Shown here: positions 38,501-48,900 of the stretch, one piece after another | How the letters are laid out: every line of letters begins with the position of its first letter | How positions within the stretch are numbered: the stretch's first letter is position 1 | Assembly (NCBI GenBank): GCA_040954595.2 | Contig: CM082597.2 | Coordinates: 7,341,849 to 7,405,848 of the forward strand | Source of the DNA: Balanoglossus misakiensis | Lineage: Eukaryota; Animalia; Hemichordata | Length of the DNA: 64,000 nucleotides | Reading direction: 5' to 3' | Program-made: the position numbers and the translations under genes | The notes under the pieces: model-generated | Told to the model about the DNA's origin: nothing | The model's database searches: none | Seen by the model: only the letters and a program-made list of their open reading frames with translations

Positions 38501-39888
38501 GGCCCTATACAGCGTATTGCCTACGACCCTAGCGAGTAAAGAGTAGGCATTGCGTCGGAGCGCCCGCACAGGACTTAATCTTTCAGTAAAGGTCATGCAA
38601 CCCGTCTCAATAAAAATCATTTCATATTGTAACAGATATTTCCGAAAAAATTATGTATGACACAGTAGGGCGTTTACTGACGTATTGCAGAACCATATAC
38701 ATGTAGCATATGCTGCTATAGTGATGGTTTAGGGTTTCCATAGATATATACAATTTATCTCTTGCATGGGTGGTGATAGTGTTGTTTATATCTTTGTACG
38801 TTGACATTTGTTTGAGATTGTCACCGCATAGATTTGAAGAGGTATAGAAATAAACGTTATACATGTAACCTACATGTATTAACAACGCCCGGAACTTCAC
38901 TTTGGGCTTAAGGATGTACGCGCAGAACATAAACCGGAAAACTGCGCACACCCGTCTTTTTCCGATTGATAATCGCTAGAAAACAAACTTCTACTATTGT
39001 CATTTTCATGAAATTTCACACAAAGCTCGGTCCAGTAAAAATAAATTCATTGGTCAAATAAAATATAGGGATCACCACGATCTATTTTGAGATAAATTGC
39101 CTTAAAAAGTTTGCCCATCAACAAACCATTGGTGAAAAATGCTGAGTCAGCAGTTTTCTTCTATTATAGACTGAATTCATGGCTCTGTATTTCAAACACA
39201 AGCGCGGTGACCCCTATATTTTATTACGGATTTTCATTATACATACAAAGGAGAATCCAAAAATCCACAATTAAAAAATTACTTTCAATTTTACTGAACG
39301 TACACCCTTAAAACCTAGGGCGTGGGATATTTTCATTTCAATTGTCACAAAATCTGCTTTTTGGTCTTCATTTTCCAGGTGGGGATACACCAACGCGTCG
39401 TATGGTGAGCCTTCTAAAATTTCTACTTGAAACGATGGTGTCAATGTGATGTAGACAATTATATGCAAAAAGAGAACTATAATTAAGGACAATTGTAAAT
39501 TACAGGAAGTCACATAGTGACATGCTGGAGCTGCTGTAATTGCAAGACTTCGGAATGTTCAGTTGAATTGTCTTTCGGATTATGTTTGTCGAAAACTGAA
39601 ACTCTACCGATGTTCCCCTATGGTGCCGAGTGACGTCATTGAGTTAACCATTGTACTTGAAGCATGACATACGTAAATGCTAGTAACAACTTATTTTTCG
39701 TCGCAGATCTCAAGTCCGGGGTTCAGGTAGAGTTCGTGAAAAACATCATCGGTCGAGTGACGTCAGACATGCAGGTCTGTGCTGTTCTGGATTCCATGTT
39801 GTCGCGATACCAGTGTGTGCCGCCGCCAACGGCAGACCCGACAGTCATAGCCACGTTGACCCCGACTTCTTGCCCACCTGTTTATTAA
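33426..39888 (+). CDS. Second PHB depolymerase-like paralogue, 11 exons, ~379 aa, catalytic Ser and His substituted (predicted pseudoenzyme)
   Basis: Exons 33426-33522, 34348-34470, 35104-35301, 35762-35853, 36210-36323, 37222-37254, 37771-37876, 38026-38068, 38264-38389, 39379-39404, 39707-39888 (1140 nt); same intron phases as the upstream gene. Signal peptide MASLAWFAVVLSSVVTTSRC. Motifs VSVSGVGSGGYMAVQ, RVYLFSGTLDT, ANYAL, CKMHIVFHGCDQG, GYNEVGELNDIIIVYPQA, GCFDWWGYT. Pro/Thr-rich C-terminal tail; its 3' end is less certain. Confidence 0.88.
35492..35578. repeat. Microsatellite (GA)n(GACA)n
   Basis: Directly visible. Confidence 0.95.
36848..36933. repeat. Pentanucleotide microsatellite (TGTTG)n
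   Basis: Directly visible; explains the spurious CCVVL ORF. Confidence 0.95.
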
Positions 39889-40680
39889 TTGTGACCCTTT
39901 CAATGACATTTGTCTTTTCTTAATGATCAAACGAGAAAATTGAATGTCTTCAGCAATAAACTTGGAACAATCACACCTAGACATCTCTTATTTGGTGGGG
40001 AGTCCTTATGTCTATCACGTCGAGCTGGGTGGTTTCCGGGTTTTTTAAACGGGTTCGCTCAGATCTTTATTCTTTATCCCGCGACATTAATAACGAACTG
40101 CTCGTAGTATTTTTTTCAAGTTGCGGGATTCGAATAATTCAGTCGTGTGCGGGCGCTCCGGCGCATTGCCAACGTACGACCCGGGCCTTTGCTAGCTACA
40201 TGTAATTTACCATTTGACAGTTTCACATCCCCTCAATATTCATTTTTGTGGCTCTCTACATACCAGAATACCTTAAAAACAAGGTAATAAATACTAAACA
40301 CTTCACAGTAGCATGGTAACTTACATTGAAATTTATAAGCCGTAAGGATATCGATCAGAGAAAGAGGCGGACTCGAACATATTAAGTTACTGGTTAACTC
40401 AAGATTTGAATCCTCTCATTGTTCTTGCGCGCCATATATTATCGACCACATATATCACTTTTTAATAGGTCTATCGATTGTGTTATACTTTATATGATTA
40501 ATAGCGCGTACACAGTAAATCTGCATCCCAAGCCACTGGCAGTGACAATACCCGTACGTGCATAAAACGTGTGTCAAAACCTTCCCTGACACTCATCTGC
40601 GCACAGCCGGGCAGACAGACACCCCGTCAATTATCGCTGACATCAAAGGAGATCTTCTGTGTCTAATTAAAAGAAGAGCG

Positions 40681-41032
40681 ATGTCTTTTCGATGGATTGT
40701 TTTCACCCTGGTCGTGTGCGCACTGATTGTGGACGACGCCGAAGGCTGGTGGGGGAGGCGTCGCAGAAGGCGGAGTCCAACGCCGTGCGGCCCTAGGCAC
40801 TGCCAGGTGAGCGCCTGGTCCGGCTGGTCGTCGTGCTCCGTACCGTGCGGCACCAGCGGTACACAGAGCAGGACCAGATACGTCACCGTGGACCCAATCT
40901 GTGGCGGTTCAGGCTGCCCTGGTCTTTCTGAATCGCAGTCTTGCAACAATCCCGGTTGCCACGGCCACGGTTCTCCCCTTTCGTCCTCATGTGACTGTAC
41001 TGCTACATGGTGGGATACATGTTGTGATAAAC
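40681..41032 (+). CDS. Alternative or duplicated first coding exon A of the TSP1/EGF receptor-like gene: signal peptide + GWWGRRRRRR + TSP1 + EGF-like
   Basis: MSFRWIVFTLVVCALIVDDAEG-WWGRRRRRRS..CQVSAWSGWSSCSVPCG..QSRTRYV..CGGSGC..ESQSCN..GCHGHG..CDC..WWDTCC. Ends at donor aaac|gtaag in phase 1, compatible with the exon at 45810. Confidence 0.8.
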
Positions 41033-41214
41033 GTAAGTACATGTGTCTTAAATTCGCTGTCAAGAATATGGTAACTTATATATCTAATGGGCCTGCGTGT
41101 GTAACTAAAGCCAGATACTCACTGCAACAGCTATCCTATAGTCAATCATTGTAAGCATGAAATGTCCAACACAGTTTCGAGTAATCTGGTTATGAACGCA
41201 TGCCTATGAGGGAG

Positions 41215-41527
41215 TAGACTTGCTCCAAGTCTATGGGCTTCATTATTTCATAATAAATACATTTAGAAAATTTGTTCCGAATTTCTCTAAGTAGGCCTAC
41301 CGTGTGTGGAGTATAAGTCACCGAGTGTGAGCGCGTAGGGAACGCGTAGTCGACGCTAACCGAAACCGTTAGTCCAAAATTCGAAACTCAACTCACGACC
41401 AGAAACACGCTTAAAGCAAAGCATGCACACAAAAAGTATTGAAATTGTTTATTAAGACAAAAAAACAACGCAAACACAAAAAAGTATTGAGATTCAAAAA
41501 TCAGCAAGCGACTAGTGGGCTAGTCTA
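41215..41527. mobile_element. Non-autonomous element with short TAGACT..AGTCTA TIRs and 9-bp TSD
   Basis: ATGAGGGAG|TAGACTTGCTCCAAGTCTATGGG...GCGACTAGTGGGCTAGTCTA|ATGAGGGGG; shorter relative at 51704-51880. Confidence 0.75.
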
Positions 41528-42067
41528 ATGAGGGGGTTGCTCGTCACTAAAAATCACCACGCAGATATTTTCCTATTATACACAGAAGGGTTTAAAAGGG
41601 AATATGTTGTGTGCAGCCGACCTATTGTTCCCCCGTTATTTTCCGTGCAAAGTTCCATTGGAAATGCCCAAGTGAAGAAATACGGGCATTTAACTCTCGG
41701 CTGTGATGCCCGCATTTTTAGTGCACTTTTATTTCGACGTAAAGTTGATTTACAGTTTTAATCTTGGTGAGGTGCACGTACAGCATGTACGATTCGAACA
41801 CTTGAAGGTTCAAAATGTTTTCGTTGCCAAAATAGTGAAGTGGCTTTTGATGATAACATTGTCATCAAGTATTCATGTCAAGTTGACAACGGGGCTATTT
41901 GCCATTTGTTATGTTATTACAACGGCTGTAAGAGAATGTGAACCCGGAAAGACCCGTACATAACACCGAGATGAAGTATTCTGACGAAATCTGATCTTTA
42001 CCCCCGCGTCTGACAGTCTCACATTTAATTCTCTTGCCCATTGGAATGGGTATATACTATATCGGCG

Positions 42068-42192
42068 TTTGTTTGTTTGGGTTTTTGTTTTTGTTTGTTT
42101 GTTTGTTTGTTTCATTGTTTGTTTGTTTGTTTGTTTGTTTGACTGACTGACTGACTGACTGACTGACTGACTGACTGACTGACTGACTGACT
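42068..42192. repeat. Compound microsatellite (GTTT)n(GACT)n
   Basis: Directly visible. Confidence 0.95.
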
Positions 42193-42948
42193 GCAGTGCA
42201 CGCGTATGTGAAATTGGCGCATAAAAATAGCATATCAGGGCAAAATGAACTAACTCCTGTGTAGCCATCTTTCCTTAATTTTCATGTCATAAACGCGGAA
42301 CTATTCAAACTTTCTGTCACGTATTAACACACAGTCTTGTATAGTCAATCATTATGCCGGGTGCGTTGTAGCTAGTGACTTGATGTACAGCATATTGATT
42401 GATTTCCTTGATAGTAAAGGCGCTGCACAGATCTTGTCATGAAACTCAGTTCGACCGTGACAACAATAGCTTTTGTCGGGAGTGTTTGTCTGAGATTGGC
42501 TTGCTTGTTATTTAAAAAAAAGGTGACATCATACACTGTATTAAAACCATATATTGCATGACTCTCAGGACAATAAAAATTACGCCACAACAACACAATC
42601 ACTGCGCAAGATTGCTTTTGGGCATTCACCACGTTCTTTCCGACCCGTTGTCCGAAGTTGAGGAGTAAATCCACGCATGCGCAAGAGTAATAAACAACTT
42701 GCGTACATGTACTTCTATTTACATGTAAATGGATAGTGGTGGGTCCGGTTGTTTGTGTGTGTGTCGAGTCGGAGTCATCTCTTGCTGGTCATATCTTATG
42801 AAATCTAGGTGAAGATCACCGCGAAAAGTGAGAACACACGACCAGTATTGTGAACCGCAAATCCGCTGACGCCATTAACGAACTCTTGGCGGTAAACGGA
42901 CGTTTTCTTCCCAGTGAAAAGTGGCACACACGTCCGTCAGAACCGGAC

Positions 42949-45900
42949 ATGAATCTCCACTGCAAGACTATGGTAGTGGGTTTGTCAATTCTTTGGTTTG
43001 TGGCATCCCCCGCCGACGGCTGGCGACGCCGTCGCCGTCGCCGAGCGTGCGGCCCCGTGAACTGCAGCGTCAGTGGGTGGTCCGGCTGGACGGCGTGTTC
43101 GGCGCCGTGCGGAACCGACGGCACGCAGAGGCGGACGCGGTATGTCACCTCAGGGGCAAGCTGTGGAGGGTCTTGCCCGTATCATCTGAGCGAGACACAG
43201 TCTTGCAACGTCCCTGGATGTCACGGCCATGGCTCGCCTCTATCAACTTCCTGTAGCTGCGTGGCCGAATGGTGGGACACATGCTGTCATAAACGTAAGT
43301 TTTGCATCAGCACACCCCCACCCGCAGTTTTAATCGGAGTCATCGAATGGAATAAATCTTCACTTGTTGCCCAAAGGCTTATAAAGTAAAAAGATCCAGC
43401 CAACTCAGGCTGGAAACTACCGCGCGCCAATAGTGCAAATGCCTCGCCAATAAAAGTTACCAGAGCGTAAAATGAACGTTCGAGAAATAAAAGCACGGCA
43501 TACAATAATGTATTGTTATGAATTGAGTCGCTGCGCCTTTGTACAGATTCTTGACGGCATCGCACGGCGTCCTTTATCCCTAGGTTACTTCCTCATTTCG
43601 ACACCATGGCTAGCTGGACATTTTCGCTTGTAGTTTGAAGTTTATCACAGAATCACAGATGTTCACACTTATACAATAAACGCAGACAATCATGACGCAG
43701 TCGTTACCAAATTATTTACTCCCAAATTCCAAGGGCCATGGATTGAAAAGGTAGTGATCAACATACAAAACACAGCATTGTTTTGGCAATTCTCAATTTA
43801 CCTTAGTCGAGCATGATTTGAACACTTCTGTCTGACCGTGGCTAACTAGTAATAACGTTGGGTTCATCAAGTTGAAAATATTATATCAATAATAAATAAA
43901 CTGCAAATATTATGGGGTCAGAAAATAAAACCAACCTGCGCAAAAATATCTGTAGCTATACGGTATTTGTTTTCGGTAGACATATAATATCCCATTATGA
44001 TTACCCCAGTTGCGCAACAGTACCTGTCTAGGGACATTCTATGGCATTATAGTTGAAAATAAGTCTACTGTATATTTAAAAAAAACAGTACCGAAAGCTA
44101 GTATACGTTGAGTTCCGAAGTAGAAATTAACACCACAGTTTCAAAACTAGTTATTTATAATTATATAGGGCAAATGACCTTATGTCATAACTTGAGTTGT
44201 TGCTGTTGTTTCCTACAAAACCATGATAAGCTCTGCCGCGTGTGTAATGCACGTAAAACTCATTACATGCATGGGTGTCTGTTTTTAGAGCACCGTGAGA
44301 TATACTTATCGACAATCATCTTATGCGCATGTGCCAAAACAGAGACAGACTCTAGTCACAAAAACTGTATAAGGCAGTGTGTGCTGTTCTACAACAGAAA
44401 GGAAGGCGGCGACATAGTCTCTGTCTGAGATCGGGATGGAGAAGACAGCAAATTGGATGAAAAGGGGAACAAAATTTAAGTCTACTTATACGGTGCGCAT
44501 GAAATATGGAGGGAAGCGATGGCAGTCCACTGTTTAAATGAGTCGCACCCAATTTTTTCAGAACATTTGGATTGGACGTAATGTACGTTTGTACACCCGA
44601 AATTACGCACATGAGTATTAGACGATAGACATTACAATTTCCATATCATTCCGAAAGGAACATGAATGCGGATGATGCAGCGCATTAAACTTCATGTACA
44701 TCGGGGTGGACAAAATAAACTATTTCTGCTTAATACACCATTTTTTGCCGCTCAGGTTTTCCGTTCTTTATCCCGCTTACCGCACAAAAATCAATCTTTA
44801 TTCAATCGTGTGAAATCCATGAGGACTTCAGGCAACTGGCACATGTACTAGTCTGATCGAGGAGGGACCTTGTCCCGAATAGCACATGCGCAAACCAGTC
44901 AAGTAAATTTAAGCCTGAAGCTGAAATTGTTTATCTGTTATAAATTGTATGTTACACAATCCAAACATCGGATATTTTAATATCCTTGCATGTGACTATA
45001 TATTGTTATCGTACCGATTCACATTAGCCTCATGGCCGTCATGATAGCGAAACCCTGTGACGGAACGCTGTCTGCGTCACCCCTGTTACTTCCGTATATC
45101 AAAAATCGGGTATCATGAGTATCATGAGTATCATGAACCGAAACCACACTCGGAAACCAAGATACTAACATTTAATTTATGGTGTTTGATTTCGACATGG
45201 TTTTAGTTGTCATAAACGGAGACAAAAAATCACAACCCCAAAATGTCTGATGGATGATGTGCGGCCAGTGACCCAGTTATTTGAAATCGTGCATTCTTAT
45301 CACTTTCCTTCACAAAATCAATTTTCACTTAAATCTACACGTTGACTTATGCTAATACAATGTAAATCCAGTCACTAAAGCAACGTTAGGTCTAGCCAAT
45401 CAGAGACTTCTGTGGATGACCACGCGAAAAAAGCTGTGCGCTACAATGCATGGTCATTCGAAGACAGACACGCCATTTGACCATATATGACTATAATGTT
45501 TATGTGGGTAATTGAACATTTGTGTTTACAAGTCCTTTAATGAACTGTAAGTGCACTTCGAAAACATTGTGATTAGTTTAACTTTTGCGTTGTTTAACAC
45601 GGTGGGCTATGTGTTGCCCTGCGTCACTTTAGATGTTCACCCCATATTTGCCTGACCACGCGAAGTCTCGCGGGGTCTCGTAAAGTTGGGAAAATGGTCT
45701 TTTTAAATTTTTACCATTGTCTCTATAAATCTCTCTGAACAATTGTAGTCATACAATTAAAACCCAAACTTTCACCTTGATCATCATGTATTTTTGTCAT
45801 TTGTTACAGCATGTACGACAATCGCTAATTGCCAACAACTACACTGTACATCTGCCACCAACCACGCCTGCCATCGATGTAACTATGACCGCGGCGGGGA

Positions 45901-48900
45901 CATCAAAGCCTATGAGCTGATAGATTCGGGCAGCTATCCGAACAGGATCTGTCAACGTAAGTACTCTTACCTAGTTTGGTCCTCTGCCCCATTCCCAGCG
46001 CTGGCTGCGCTACGCTAAAGGAAAAGGGTCAGGCACGGGCTGTTGCAAACATGGCTCTCATTGGTCAAAAAATACGAGCATTACCTCAACTTCACCATAC
46101 TTAAGGATAATTTGTTGTAAGATACTACGTTTCCCGTTCTGTCCTTCCCCTCCATGAATGTTTATCATTCGATTTCCAACTTAACGACAAATGAAACAAC
46201 ATAAACTGTCTAGATGAATCTTGACTGGCGTACGGACATTAGAGGCATCCATCTTGTTTATGATCAAGTGGTCTGGCCAGGTTTCTGGCCATTATATCGG
46301 GCCGTACATTTAGCGTAGCGCAGCCAGCGGTGGGAATGGGGGCAGGGGACCAGACTAGGGTGAGTGTCGATATTGCATTTTGATAGCAAATTTTGGACTA
46401 TAACGATTTTTCTTGTTATATTTCTGAACAGAGATATGCTCCTGGCGACATGACAGCAAATATTGTTATCCAGGCACCTGTCCTAGTACGCCCTCATCGT
46501 GTACTTGTGCGCCAGGATTCAGTGGTGATAACTGTATACGGAGTAAGTCATCATCCGAGTGTCTTATTGCGAAAATGATTAATTTTAAATAATGGTGGTG
46601 ACGTAAAGATAGTTGGTACCAAAGAGAAGTTTATTTCGAAACCTATGTTTGAAGACTCTGAATATTATAACAAACTTCCTCAAAAGAACGATTTGAAGAT
46701 ATTAGTGGAGCTGAAAGCTTACTGGATAATCTGTACTCGTTTATTTTGAATCGTTTACCCAGTGACTACGACCCCGACCATGAATTACTGCATAGCCAAG
46801 CTGATACGCACAGCAGGAGACAACAGAGTGGAGGCAGATTGTGATGACCACGTGACAGCGCCCCGGACCGTGTATACCAATCTAATACCAGACCGTATTC
46901 TGGTCGAGTGGCACACACAATATGTCGGACCGAACGCGGTCAGCTATCCACAGCCGTATTACATCAACGATTTCAAAGTGGGCGTGGTTGCTGCATCTTT
47001 CAACTGGAGAGTTCATAGAGGTGTGTTCTTAGTATGATTACAACATGATGCATAATCATACATCGATTATTATATAAATAAATGTTGTACGACATTTATA
47101 GTCCACATATTTAACACAGGTTCTGCATTTCCAATGATAAGAGACCAATGCGAAAATTGATCAACTTTGTGTTATCGTTATCGCACCGGATATGCGCCTA
47201 GATGGAAGTAATCCATAAATTTCCGAAGGCTTCTTCTATTTGTATGTGTCTGTAAATAACATTGTGATATTCCACGCAATCGAATATTCGCACTCGTCGA
47301 AATTATTCGTTTCAGGCGGAAGTGACGTCCACACTGGCAGTGCAACTTGTTCAATTGGATATAATCAAGACAATCCCCACCAAGCCCTGCATGATTGTGA
47401 AATACACGACGACTTCAGCATTTCCTTCCAACATGGCGACAGGTGTGTTAATTAAGACGGTTGTGTAAAGTACATCTTGTTTTGTACATGTTACTTTGCT
47501 TCAGTCAACGGATACTGTAAAGGCATTTACATGAAAGGCACATGAGCTGCAACTGGATAAAAAAATTAAAGTTTTAAATAATCTCATATATGCTTTTAAT
47601 CATGTCTATTAAATGATATTTCATGATAATATATCAAGCTCAACACTTATTTATGACAAAATGGCCAAAAATTGAAGAAAAACGAAAATTCCTGCAATTT
47701 TTTAAAAAAGTGCAATATTGGAATGAAAAAGGAAAATATAATGTCTCAGCGGTGTACATTTACTTCCATGAGCTCAAGTGGATGAGATCATGTTTTGTTC
47801 ATATAAAGTTTCATAACCGGAAATGCAACATTTTCGTTGTTTTTTTTGCTTTTTCCCACAGTGGCGGCCATAATCGCTTGCGGCAAAGCTTTATTATTTA
47901 TCTGCTTAGAACTTGCATATGCACTCATATTTAGGGTTTATAACGCTTGTGTTTAGTTCACTGCCTTCATTTGCATAGACTAATGGTAGTACAGTTTGAA
48001 ACAAAAATTATGAAAATTATCCCCAAAGTTGCAGCTTACGTGCCTTGAAGAAATATAAAAGACATTGATTTGAATTGCTACATGTAGTTTGATATTTTTA
48101 TGTTTGAGACATGAAACTTGAAGATTATAATTTCGTTTAAAGCTTTACAAATATTTCGCATTTGGATGATCACAATACTGAGATTGACGGTCACTCAAGT
48201 TGGCAGAAGCTATCAAATATACTGTACTTGAGATGTAACTATGTTAAGATGTTTCCAGAATATATGTTTCACCCCTCTTTCAGATTCTACGTCACAGTGG
48301 AAGCCGTGAATGGTGGATATGTGAATATCAAAAACTACGACGCTACATCCGGGTACTCGGTCGATCCCAAGCAGTACTACCAGGGCCAAACGATCTCTCA
48401 CACTTCTGACTTTACGTTGGATTACGAACCGCCAGAACATTGTTCAGTGACAGGAAGCTGTTCTGATAATATGCTGGACAGAGGTCCAGCTATTACCAAA
48501 AATGTAAGTAAAATAATGCAGCCAGTTTAAATCAGCCGTTAAAGGGAAAAGTCTCTCTCTCGCTGCCCTTTTTTCCATTAATTATGTTTGATACCAGACA
48601 CGTACCGTTTATGTTATTCTACATGTGAATATATAGTGAATCAAAATTCGACTACACACAACTTTCATCCCACTTGTAGAGAGTGAAAAACTCACCAAAT
48701 GAATAATTGGTCTTTACCATTTATTTATTTTGGCGAGATTTTTTTCTCTCATATCCTACAAAAGGGATGGAAGTTGTGTGTGATCAACCGTTGATTCACT
48801 ATATATTCACATGTAGAATAACATAAATGGTGTCAAACATAATTAATGGAAAAGGGGCAGCGAGAGAGAGAGAGACTTTGTCCTTTTAAACCACATGCGA

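Noticed and set aside
19166-39888. Bacterial contamination or recent HGT as the source of the PhaZ-like genes
   Set aside because: Ten conserved spliceosomal introns per gene with host repeats inside; any transfer would have to be ancient.
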